DNA from: Gemmataceae bacterium
Lineage (GTDB): Bacteria; Planctomycetota; Planctomycetia; Gemmatales; Gemmataceae
DNA length: 64,000 nt
Assembly: GCA_036266155.1 (NCBI GenBank)
Contig: DATANR010000134.1
Location: 21,526-85,525, forward strand
Direction: 5' to 3'
Under the pieces are notes generated by a model. It had not been told where the DNA came from. It saw only the letters and a program-made list of their open reading frames with translations, and made no database searches. The stretch's first letter is position 1; each line of letters begins with the position of its first letter. Shown in pieces: positions 1-8,392 of the stretch. The translations under genes were made by a program, and so were the position numbers.

Positions 1-2446
1 TGCCGGCCTTGGCGGCCTTTTCGCGTTCTTCCTGTTCGAGCCGGAGCTGTTCCAGCCGGCTCAGACGCTTCGGTGGAGTCGCGGGGTTCGGCATCGGCGG
101 TGGGGCGGCCACCGTCTTGGCGGGCGGCGGGGCATCCTTCTTGGGCGGCAACGGCACGTCGATCCGCAGTTCGCTCGAACCGACGCTATGCACGACCGGT
201 TCGCCGTTTTCCATGACGACGACCTGACAGAAGATGTTGCGATGCGTCCCGGCTGGGGCGGTCGGTTCGACCTTGATCGGGAACGCGATCTCCTTCGTGT
301 CCTTGTTGATCTTCAATTCCGTCGTCGTCACCTTGGTCGGCAGGCCGATGAGCCGGATGACCGCGTCGCCGGCGAAGGCCTTGGCCACGGTCGGCTTCAC
401 GAACATCTGCGTGTCCTTGCCCTGCTCGACAGCTCCGCGCTCGATGGTGACATTCAAATACGGCGGCGCGATCTCAATCGTCGCAAGCTGGCTCGACACC
501 CACACCGGCCCGCTGGCGATCGGGGCATTACCCATTACCACGTACTTCCATTTACGCACCGGAGCGCCGCCGTTCGCATTGAGCGGCAACATCACTTCGT
601 TCTGACCTTCGGGGATCACGACCGATGACGCCGACCCGACGCCCGGCGGATTGTACAGCGGGACAACCGTGATCGCGGCCTTGAACCCCGCGGTCCGCTC
701 GGCGACGATCTTCAAATTCATCGACCCGCCATGCACCAGCGGCACCTTCGGTTCGACGATGGTCAGCTTGAACGGCACCGCCTCGGTCACGGCGAGCACT
801 GTCTCCGGTTCGTTCTTGTAGGTGTAAAGCGACTGGCCCGGCGCCGAGTAGACAAAGTCCGAGCGCACGTCGAATGCGCTCTTCAGCTTCACGTTCGGGT
901 CGACATGCGAACCGGTGTAAGCTACGCGGCCCGTAGCGAGCGGGGCATCGGGCGCTGCTTCGAACACGATGGGCACCATCGACATGTTGCCCGCCATCGT
1001 CTCGGTCGCCATCGTCACCTTCGCGGGCAACCCGTTGATCTGCACGTTCAAGTCGCCGCCGAAGTCGATGCGGCCGGCGTTCACATAGGTCGCGAACCGG
1101 TTGCCGCGCGGCACCGCGTAGACTTGCCGTTCTTGCGAGAACTGGGCGAACGGCGGGGCACTCAGCGCCAGCTTCGGCTCGACGGCCGTCGCCTCGACGC
1201 GATACGAATAGGCCGGCCCACCTTTCTTGAGATGGTCGGTCACGCTGATCCAGTATTCGCCATCTTGTGGGATCGTTGCGCGGAAATAGCTATCCGGCCC
1301 AATGGCGTCGTCGTTCCCGATGAATGCCCCACCGCCTATCAAGCCCATGTACATCACGGAATCGAGGGCGGACCCGAGCCGGCGAGCGTAGCAGTGAACG
1401 TCGAACACCTGCCCCTTCTTGGCGGCGAACTTGAAATGGTCGATGTCTCCCGGCTTCTCGATCACGCCGTTGAAAGCACACGGCCACAGGCCGGCCGTCG
1501 CCTGGGTTGGCAGGTCGTTTGGCTCGACTTCGATCACGTTGGCAGCGTTCTCGCTCAACCGGAATGGCAGACCCGACGGACTGATGCCGCCCGCGTCCTG
1601 ACAGAACACTTCAAATTTGCCGTCCTTCGGCATCGTGGCCGGCAGCTTGATCTTCTGCTTGATGTCGCCCGAGGCGTCGCCGATGAAACGCAACTCGACT
1701 TCTTCGCCGAGCTTGCCGCCTGCGGGCACCACGGCCAGCGGCCGCGGGAAAGTGCCGACGTGTAGCCGATACTGGCAAGCGCCATTTCCCTGGTACGACG
1801 TCTCGCGGACCATCACGATGTAGGTGCCGTCGGCGGGAGCAACGATCGACAGGCAGCCATCCTGCTTGAATAGGGCCGTGTCATCCGACGTGGCCAGTTC
1901 AAAGCGCTTGGCATCAAGGAGGGCGATGTACGGATCGAAGAACGTCGTCCCGAGCCGCATCCCTTCGATCTCAACGCTGATCCGCTGGCCCTTCTTGGCT
2001 TCCACCGCGTAGTAGTCGACGTCCTCATTGTCCGCGACGCCGTGAACCGTGCAGTTGAGCGGAATCTTTTGCGGGGCCGCGAAGTCGCTGTTTGGTTCCT
2101 TCTCGTCGACGATCGGCAGGGCCCCAATCCAGAGCGTCCGCAATTCGGTGACGCCGGTCGCCGTGCGCACGCGCACCGCATGTTCGCCGAGGCGGGTGTC
2201 CGCGGCGATCTTGACCGCGACCTTCAATTGGTTCGGATTGACGACATCGAGCTTCGTGACCGTGAAGCCCGGCGAATAGAAGACAATTTCTTGCGCATCA
2301 GCCAGAGCGCCGCCACTTAAGACGAATGTGGCATCGGTCCCGCGCTGTGCCCCACGCGGCTGGACGCCGCCGAGCGACGGTGAAGCGGCGAAGGCGGCGC
2401 TGCAGAGGCACACAACAGACGCGAAAGCGATCAGATTGCGAATCAT
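1..2446 (-). CDS. secreted multi-domain protein with two PPC (bacterial pre-peptidase C-terminal)-like modules; C-terminus lies beyond the left edge
   Basis: Not in the ORF track because it has no in-window stop. Hand reverse-translation from the ATG (rc of cat 2444-2446) gives MIRNLIAFASVVCLCSAAFAASPSLGG (signal peptide). Two modules follow, EKEPNSDF..VHGVADNEDVDYYAVEAKKGQ and VEPNDLPTQA..GVIEKPGDIDHFKFAAKKGQ, which fit the PPC-domain pattern. The tail is Pro-rich (PPKKDAPPPAKTVAAPPPMPNP). The frame stays open down to nt 2. Confidence 0.7.
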   Translation of the reverse strand, partial: MIRNLIAFASVVCLCSAAFAASPSLGGVQPRGAQRGTDATFVLSGGALADAQEIVFYSPGFTVTKLDVVNPNQLKVAVKIAADTRLGEHAVRVRTATGVTELRTLWIGALPIVDEKEPNSDFAAPQKIPLNCTVHGVADNEDVDYYAVEAKKGQRISVEIEGMRLGTTFFDPYIALLDAKRFELATSDDTALFKQDGCLSIVAPADGTYIVMVRETSYQGNGACQYRLHVGTFPRPLAVVPAGGKLGEEVELRFIGDASGDIKQKIKLPATMPKDGKFEVFCQDAGGISPSGLPFRLSENAANVIEVEPNDLPTQATAGLWPCAFNGVIEKPGDIDHFKFAAKKGQVFDVHCYARRLGSALDSVMYMGLIGGGAFIGNDDAIGPDSYFRATIPQDGEYWISVTDHLKKGGPAYSYRVEATAVEPKLALSAPPFAQFSQERQVYAVPRGNRFATYVNAGRIDFGGDLNVQINGLPAKVTMATETMAGNMSMVPIVFEAAPDAPLATGRVAYTGSHVDPNVKLKSAFDVRSDFVYSAPGQSLYTYKNEPETVLAVTEAVPFKLTIVEPKVPLVHGGSMNLKIVAERTAGFKAAITVVPLYNPPGVGSASSVVIPEGQNEVMLPLNANGGAPVRKWKYVVMGNAPIASGPVWVSSQLATIEIAPPYLNVTIERGAVEQGKDTQMFVKPTVAKAFAGDAVIRLIGLPTKVTTTELKINKDTKEIAFPIKVEPTAPAGTHRNIFCQVVVMENGEPVVHSVGSSELRIDVPLPPKKDAPPPAKTVAAPPPMPNPATPPKRLSRLEQLRLEQEEREKAAKAG

Positions 2447-2468
2447 GGCGCTACTCACCCAAAACAAG

Positions 2469-2522
2469 TGGGACCGATGGGACGCAGGGGACCTATGGGT
2501 CCCCTGCGTCCCATCGGTCCCA
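2469..2522 (-). terminator. perfect 25-bp inverted repeat with 4-nt loop; terminator-like hairpin between the DUF1501 gene and the PPC gene
   Basis: tgggaccgatgggacgcaggggacc (2469-2493), loop tatg, ggtcccctgcgtcccatcggtccca (2498-2522). On the minus strand the hairpin is followed by CTTGTTTTGGG. Each arm is built from GGGAC-containing ~9-nt units. Confidence 0.45.
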
Positions 2523-2538
2523 TAACCACAATTCCCCA

Positions 2539-3861
2539 CTAAGCCAACAATTCCTTCACCGGCTTGCCGCCGTCGACGATCCGCTGCGGCCGATCGCCCG
2601 GCGACATCAGCTTCTTCTCGCCCGAGATGCCGAGGCAGTGGTAAACCGTCTGGCTCAGGGCATCGACGTCGAGCGGATCGTCTTCCGGCTCGGTCGCGGT
2701 GGCGTCCGAGGTGCCGTAGGCGATGCCCTTCTTGATGCCGCCGCCCGCCAGCACGACGCTGAACACCTTCGGCCAGTGATCGCGCCCGGCCGTCGCGTTG
2801 ATCTTCGGCGTACGGCCGAATTCGCTGGAAATCATGACCAGCGTGCTGTCGAGCAGCCCGCGGTTGCTGAGGTCGGTAATCAGCGTCGCGAACGCCTGAT
2901 CGAACTGCGGGAGCTGGCCCTGAATGTTCTGCTTGATCTGCCCGTGCATGTCCCAGCCGCCGAAGGTCAGCGACACGAAGCGGACGCCGGCTTCGACGAG
3001 GCGACGCGACATCAGCATCCGCTGGCCCGCCGCATTGCGACCGTATTGGTCACGAAGCTTGGCGTCCTCCGCGTTGATGTTGAACGCCTCGCGGGCCTTC
3101 TGGCTTGAGATCAACGAGTAGGCCTGCTGGTAGAACGTGTCCATCGCCGCGATGTTGTCCGACTTCTCCTTGGCGGCGAAGTGGTCGTTGACCGCGGACA
3201 GCATGTTCTTGCGCGTGGTGAACCGCTTGTCGTCGACGCCGCCCGGCAGGGCCAAATCCTGAACCGTGAAACCCGGATTGGCCGGATCCGAACCAAGCGC
3301 GAACGGAGCAAACTTGCTCGACAGATAACCACTTCCTGCATAGGTCGTGGGCACGCTCGGAATGCAAACGTACGGCGGCAGGCTGTTGCGAACGCCGAAC
3401 TCATGGCTGACCACTGAGCCGAACGACGGATACTGCAGAGCCGGACTGGGCCGGTAGCCCGTGAACATGTTGTGGGTGCCACGCTCGTGGGCCGCTTCGC
3501 CGTGCGTCATCGATCGGCAGACGGCAATCTTGTCCGCAATCTGGGCGGTGGCCTTGAGGCACTCGTTGAAGTAGACCCCTTCAATCTTGGTCTTGATGTG
3601 GGTCATTTCGCCGCGATATTCGATCGGGGCGTTCGGCTTCGGATCCCACGTTTCCTGGTGGGCGGCCCCGCCCGGCAAGAAGATGTGGATGACCGACTTG
3701 GCGGTCCCTTCCTTATTGACCTCGTTGCCGCGTGCGGCCTGCGAACGAAGGAACCCGTCGAGGGTCAGCCCAAGACCGGTCGCGGCCCCTACTTGAAGGA
3801 ACGTTCGACGACTCGGCGGTGAAAAGTGAGACGGGTCATCGTTCCATGTGATCGGACGCAT
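2539..3861 (-). CDS. DUF1501 domain-containing protein (sulfatase-like, Tat-exported)
   Basis: 440 aa. Twin-arginine signal SRRTFLQVGAATGLGLTL. Motifs HIFLPGGAAHQETWDPKP, FGGWDMHG and SSEFGRTP..GRDHW are typical of planctomycete DUF1501 proteins. Confidence 0.9.
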   Translation of the reverse strand: MRPITWNDDPSHFSPPSRRTFLQVGAATGLGLTLDGFLRSQAARGNEVNKEGTAKSVIHIFLPGGAAHQETWDPKPNAPIEYRGEMTHIKTKIEGVYFNECLKATAQIADKIAVCRSMTHGEAAHERGTHNMFTGYRPSPALQYPSFGSVVSHEFGVRNSLPPYVCIPSVPTTYAGSGYLSSKFAPFALGSDPANPGFTVQDLALPGGVDDKRFTTRKNMLSAVNDHFAAKEKSDNIAAMDTFYQQAYSLISSQKAREAFNINAEDAKLRDQYGRNAAGQRMLMSRRLVEAGVRFVSLTFGGWDMHGQIKQNIQGQLPQFDQAFATLITDLSNRGLLDSTLVMISSEFGRTPKINATAGRDHWPKVFSVVLAGGGIKKGIAYGTSDATATEPEDDPLDVDALSQTVYHCLGISGEKKLMSPGDRPQRIVDGGKPVKELLA

Positions 3862-4077
3862 GGGACTGGCTCCGGAGCATTGGGTTATGAGCGTCTGGGC
3901 GAGTGTCGGCGGCCTGGGCTATGGGTCGCGGCGGGTGGTTGGCGTGCGCAACAATCAGCGCACCTTGCGGGTGGGTAGCATTTGTAATGCCAGAGGAAAG
4001 GGTAGTCGCTGGACAGGGCGCTGTCAACAACCAATACTCTCATGGCTTACGGAATTGTGAACATAGGTATATTATGT

Positions 4078-4139
4078 AGCTGAATTCGTAAGAATTCAGT
4101 TCTTGGCGTGGCGAGCGCTGAATTCTCACGAATCCAGCT
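4078..4139. repeat. palindromic intergenic repeat element, copy 1
   Basis: Arm agctgaattcgtaagaattcag (4078-4099) pairs with ctgaattctcacgaatccagct (4118-4139). A near-identical element is at 8306-8370. Confidence 0.8.
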
Positions 4140-4149
4140 ACAACACTTG

Positions 4150-4698
4150 CTATTCGCGTGGAAAAACCTTGTGCCCCAGAGTTTTACCCGACTCACGATC
4201 GACGAATTCCACGTATCGCCCCGCACTCTCCTTGCTCAGCACTTTGATCGCCACGTCGTCGACTTCCAGCGTGACCAGGTTGAAGTACTTGGTGTGTTCG
4301 ATCGGCCCGAGACCCTTGAGGTTGGCCTTCCACAGCTGCTTTCCGGTGCCGAAGTCAAGCGCGACCAGCGTGCAGCCGCTCGACATGCGATGGTAGTCGG
4401 CGTAGAAGAGCGTGGTACCGTGAACGACGAACGACGTGTTCTTCTGCGCGTCAAACGTGATCGTCTTGTCGGCCGCGTTCGTGACGGCCACTGTGATCCG
4501 CCCGACGTCATTGGCCCGAATGTCCGTCTTCAACGCGCAGCGCTGAACGGAGAAATCGAGCGTCGCCCGCTCGTCAGCCCAGTCCCAGACGGCTTCATTG
4601 GCCTTCTTCTGATACTCGGCCGACTTGTCCTTCGGCGACGGGGCAGCGACGGCGACTGCGGCAACCATCAAAATCAAGCCAGCAACTTGTCGGCACAT
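4150..4698 (-). CDS. secreted hypothetical protein
   Basis: 182 aa. ATG confirmed (cat 4696-4698). Signal peptide MCRQVAGLILMVAAVAVAAPSP. One PQQ-like blade motif, ALDFGTGKQLWKANL. No family recognised. Confidence 0.6.
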   Translation of the reverse strand: MCRQVAGLILMVAAVAVAAPSPKDKSAEYQKKANEAVWDWADERATLDFSVQRCALKTDIRANDVGRITVAVTNAADKTITFDAQKNTSFVVHGTTLFYADYHRMSSGCTLVALDFGTGKQLWKANLKGLGPIEHTKYFNLVTLEVDDVAIKVLSKESAGRYVEFVDRESGKTLGHKVFPRE

Positions 4699-4737
4699 GA
4701 GGCGTTCCTTGGCGGCCTTGATATTCGACCATTCGTT

Positions 4738-5052
4738 TTACTGCGGCTTTCGCTTCTGCCCGTTCACCCAGAGTTGGTTATCGTCGTCGAGCAGGACCAT
4801 ATCGCCGGCCGCGATCTCGCCACAGTCCTTGCCATTCGCAAAGACATGGCCATCGCGGATGTCGACGCGCCGGGCGTCCGCACCTTCGCCGACCGCTTCC
4901 CACGCACCATCGGCGGACAAGTTACTCTTCGACGTCACGTTGCCGTGGCGAATTTCACACGCGACCTTGCCCGGCTCCTTCGTACAGCCGGTCATTACGA
5001 TCAGTAATCCCAGCATCAACGGCAGCAAACGAATCATCATGAGATTCTCCAT
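4738..5052 (-). CDS. small lipoprotein, hypothetical
   Basis: 104 aa. Lipobox LLIVMTG-C after a hydrophobic N-terminus. Overlaps the 3' end of the upstream CDS by 98 nt. Confidence 0.5.
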   Translation of the reverse strand: MENLMMIRLLPLMLGLLIVMTGCTKEPGKVACEIRHGNVTSKSNLSADGAWEAVGEGADARRVDIRDGHVFANGKDCGEIAAGDMVLLDDDNQLWVNGQKRKPQ

Positions 5053-5845
5053 TCGACGCGACGGCTGCCCGTGAATTCCTGTCCGGCAACAATGGTTGAA
5101 TCATATGACCCAAATAGGTCTTTGGAACCGGCCCACGAATGCCAAACGCGTCCGGCTCATGATTCGGGCACCGATAGGTCCCAAATAATAAATCCATGAT
5201 CGGTGATATATTCGCATAGTTCCCCGCATCGCGATCGCGGTCGTGATGCCAGTGATGCAATTCCGGCGCGCCGATCAATGCACGCAACGGGCCGATCGGC
5301 AGCCGGACATTCGAGTGAATATAGATCGCCCAGATACCGCGGAAGACGATGAATCCCGTCAATGTCTCCAGCGGAAAACCGATGATGAACGCCGGTAGAT
5401 TGATCAGTCCGACCGTGTAAATCGTGTCGAGCGGATGTTCGCGATGGGCCGCGAGCCAATCAAGGTGCTCGGCAGTGTGATGAACTGAATGAAAGCGCCA
5501 GAGAAATGCGCTCCGATGTTGCAAGCGATGGCCCCAATAAATTAACACATCACTGAGCAATATCACTTCGAGCATTTGTAACCACATCGGCTGATTGGCG
5601 ACCTGGGCGCGAAAGCCGGTTGGCACCGTCTCGCCCAGGAAGCGCGCGACATACGTCAACGCCCAAAAGACGAGCCCGCTCCATAACAGATATTGGCCGA
5701 GGAAAAAGCACAGGTCGAGAAACCAGGCCGGCCGGAAAAAGCGCTGGCCCGGCTTGGCGGGGAACGCCATCTCCAGCGGTCGAAAGACGACCACGAGAAA
5801 CAACAGGCTCACACCCGTCGATGCCAAGAGCGCGATGATGGTCAT
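4955..5845 (-). CDS. sterol desaturase / fatty acid hydroxylase superfamily membrane protein
   Basis: 296 aa from MTIIALL (cat 5843-5845, 10 nt after the upstream stop; the track start at 5935 overlaps the upstream gene). His boxes HRLQH, HSVHH and HHWHH, plus several TM segments. Confidence 0.85.
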   Translation of the reverse strand: MTIIALLASTGVSLLFLVVVFRPLEMAFPAKPGQRFFRPAWFLDLCFFLGQYLLWSGLVFWALTYVARFLGETVPTGFRAQVANQPMWLQMLEVILLSDVLIYWGHRLQHRSAFLWRFHSVHHTAEHLDWLAAHREHPLDTIYTVGLINLPAFIIGFPLETLTGFIVFRGIWAIYIHSNVRLPIGPLRALIGAPELHHWHHDRDRDAGNYANISPIMDLLFGTYRCPNHEPDAFGIRGPVPKTYLGHMIQPLLPDRNSRAAVASNGESHDDSFAAVDAGITDRNDRLYEGAGQGRV

Positions 5846-5855
5846 GGGCGGCTCG

Positions 5856-6224
5856 TCAGCGCGGTGGCGTGGAAGGGGCCTTGGGCTCCGCTGACTTCGG
5901 CGGCAGCAGTGGTGCCAGCGATTTCGAGCCGCCAATGATCGTCTTCGGCGCGCTGGGCTTTGGCTCGTCCGCCTTGGGCGGCGGGACCGGAATCACGACG
6001 CCGGCCGACTTCGACGTGCTCAGCATGATCGAAGGATCGACCACGCTTGGATCGTGATAGGCCTCGGTACTGACCGGCGTTGGCTCGGGCGGCGTTTCTA
6101 CCGTCGGCGGGTTAACCAGTACCGGCGTATCGAAAGCACCGGCGCGGAAAGCAATGAGCCCGCCGACCAACACGACGGCACTCGTAATGGCCGCCACTTT
6201 AAGAAGCGCACTTGGCTGTTTCAT
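5856..6224 (-). CDS. membrane-anchored proline-rich protein, hypothetical
   Basis: 122 aa. N-terminal TM AAITSAVVLVGGLIAF, then a Pro-rich tail (PPTVETPPEPTP, PPPKADEPKP). Confidence 0.5.
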   Translation of the reverse strand: MKQPSALLKVAAITSAVVLVGGLIAFRAGAFDTPVLVNPPTVETPPEPTPVSTEAYHDPSVVDPSIMLSTSKSAGVVIPVPPPKADEPKPSAPKTIIGGSKSLAPLLPPKSAEPKAPSTPPR

Positions 6225-6309
6225 GACGCAACCTCCATGCTGCGAGTGTAACCGAACGGCGACGTGTTGCGGGTAACAAGTTGTAACGAGCGTGGCATAT
6301 TGATGCGGG

Positions 6310-8292
6310 CTACTTCTTATCCGCCAGGCCCAGCTCCTTCGTCAAGTCCCCAATCAAACTCTCCAGATCGCGCGACACTTTCTGATACGCCGCGAGCGCT
6401 TGCTTATCTTCATCCTCAACAGCCGCGTCAATCATGGCTTTGAGAGCGTCCAGATAGCGCTGGCCAACTTCAGGAGCCAGGAGGTGCATCTTGTGCAACG
6501 TGATGCGGTCGCCGACCGTCTTGAGCTTGTTCATCGCACGCCGGGCTTCCGGCAACGCGTCACGCAGGTCCGAGGGTTTCTCCAGCTTCGCCCAGGTTTC
6601 GTAAACGAACTTGCGGGCCGCGGCGTGCTCGGCGTCCTTGATCTCCCATTGCGCTTTCAGTTCGTTGAGACCGCGCGTGATCTCCATTTTGGCCAAGTCG
6701 GAATCGGCCAATGTGAGCGCTTCCTCGTATTTGGCAATCGCCACGTCGAAATCAAATTTCTTCATTGCTGCGTCGGCTTCGAGCAGGATGCCGTCGATCT
6801 TCTTGCGCACCGCCGCCGCGGCTGGGTCGTTCTCGATGCGAATCACGTCTTTCAATTTCACCAGATGCGTGCGGAACTCTTTCGTCTTTTTCTCCAGCGT
6901 CCGAATCTCGCCTTCGCAACGGTCGAACAGGGCGGCAGGCGAGTCGGCCTTATAGCGCTCGAGGGCCTTCTCCATGTCGGTCCGCAGCACGTCGGCTTCC
7001 TTCTCGAGCGAGTCGGCGGCGTTCTGGCCGTATTCGAGCGCCCTCGGCTTCTCCTTCTTTTCGAGCGTGGCGATCTCCTCGAAACAGCGTGCCTGGATTA
7101 CGCGGGCGGAAAGGCAGCGATCGAACAGGTCGGCGGCGGCGGCCTGCACCGGGCTCGGCTCCGTAGTGGGGTCCAGTTTCACTTTGCGGACGGCGATTTG
7201 ATCGGGATAAATCTCGACCGGCAAGCGCGCGACCGGTATTTCTCCGTTGCGAACCAGCACGAAGGCGATGTTCTTGAACGGCTCCGTCGAGGTGAAAACG
7301 CCATCCGCATAGCGCATATCTTCACGCTGGCGCGGCATCGTTGGATCGGGGTAATCGCTGACTCCGGCACGCGGCTGTAGCGTGTCGCCGCGATAGGTGG
7401 CGCCGGCCGCGTCGGTCAGTTGCAATTTGAGCGGCCCCTCGCCGGTGCCGAGCTTTACGCAGCGATAGCCGAGCGTGAAGCCGTCGCGCTGCGGCAGGCC
7501 CTTGAAGCGGTTGTACATCTTGCACACGCACATCCCGTTGCGCGGCTCGTCAATGACGTGGAGCAGCACGCCATCGATCCGTGTCCCCGTCATCGGCTGC
7601 GGAGCGGGAGGCGGTGCTTCCTTCTCGTTGGACTTGGCTTTCGCTTTCTTCGGCGCGACCGCCCGCCGACCTTCACGCACTTGGATGACCGCGAAGACGT
7701 CGCCTTTCTTGATGAACCCGTTGAGCGGCCCGAGTTCACCCGCCTTGAGGACAACGCTTACCTGCGGACCAATCGGGTCAAACGTGCCGACGACGCCGAA
7801 GTCCTGCGCCACGGCCAGACCAGCCAAGCGGGCCACGAAGCTGCGGTCGCCATGCACCTGCTTGCGGACGAACGGCGAGCAGTAGCCGGTGCTGCCATCG
7901 TGTTGACGCGTGCGAATCTCGTATTTGTTGTCGGCGAAATCGATGAACACAAAATGCGTCTTCGGCCCGACCGCGGCCGTGACATTGTCGAGCGCTTCGA
8001 GCCCCTTCTCATCGACGAGTGTCCACAGCGGGTCGCGATTCTCCGGCGGCGTCGAATTGAGATCGACCCCCTCGACCGCTCCTGTCGGTCCGAGCGCGGC
8101 TTGCAAGGCGCTGGTCACGCCCTTGAGAACTTCCGCGCGAAAGTGGCGCGTCAGCGTCGAGTGATCGCCCGTGCGGATGACGACGCGAAGCTGATACCCG
8201 CTCTTCGACGCGCCTTCAAGCGGGGCGGCATTGGTCGATGCGACAACGAACAAGATGCAGAAGGGCGCGAGCAAATACCGCATGAGAAGCAT
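6310..8292 (-). CDS. secreted protein with C-terminal coiled-coil/TPR-like region, hypothetical
   Basis: 660 aa from MLLMRYLLAPFCILFVVASTNA (cat 8290-8292). The track start at 8331 lies inside the palindromic repeat and translates it (TEFLRIQLQ). The C-terminal ~300 aa are heptad-like and rich in K/E/A. Confidence 0.7.
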   Translation of the reverse strand: MLLMRYLLAPFCILFVVASTNAAPLEGASKSGYQLRVVIRTGDHSTLTRHFRAEVLKGVTSALQAALGPTGAVEGVDLNSTPPENRDPLWTLVDEKGLEALDNVTAAVGPKTHFVFIDFADNKYEIRTRQHDGSTGYCSPFVRKQVHGDRSFVARLAGLAVAQDFGVVGTFDPIGPQVSVVLKAGELGPLNGFIKKGDVFAVIQVREGRRAVAPKKAKAKSNEKEAPPPAPQPMTGTRIDGVLLHVIDEPRNGMCVCKMYNRFKGLPQRDGFTLGYRCVKLGTGEGPLKLQLTDAAGATYRGDTLQPRAGVSDYPDPTMPRQREDMRYADGVFTSTEPFKNIAFVLVRNGEIPVARLPVEIYPDQIAVRKVKLDPTTEPSPVQAAAADLFDRCLSARVIQARCFEEIATLEKKEKPRALEYGQNAADSLEKEADVLRTDMEKALERYKADSPAALFDRCEGEIRTLEKKTKEFRTHLVKLKDVIRIENDPAAAAVRKKIDGILLEADAAMKKFDFDVAIAKYEEALTLADSDLAKMEITRGLNELKAQWEIKDAEHAAARKFVYETWAKLEKPSDLRDALPEARRAMNKLKTVGDRITLHKMHLLAPEVGQRYLDALKAMIDAAVEDEDKQALAAYQKVSRDLESLIGDLTKELGLADKK

Positions 8293-8305
8293 CCGTGAGC
8301 GTTGT

Positions 8306-8370
8306 AGCTGAATTCGTAAGAATTCAGTCAACGCGATGGCCCGATTTTTTGAATTCTCACGAATTCAGCT
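8306..8370. repeat. palindromic intergenic repeat element, copy 2
   Basis: agctgaattcgtaagaattcag (8306-8327) pairs with tgaattctcacgaattcagct (8350-8370). The left arm is identical to copy 1. Confidence 0.8.
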
Positions 8371-8392
8371 GCGAAACGCAATCCGAGACCGG

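Noticed and set aside
8293-8331. N-terminal extension MTEFLRIQLQRSR of the 673-aa track ORF. Plus-strand ORFs starting at 4108 and 8336 show the same pattern.
   Set aside because: These residues are translations of the palindromic repeat element (AEFSRIQLQ and FEFSRIQLR in the other copies), so they are not genuine coding sequence.
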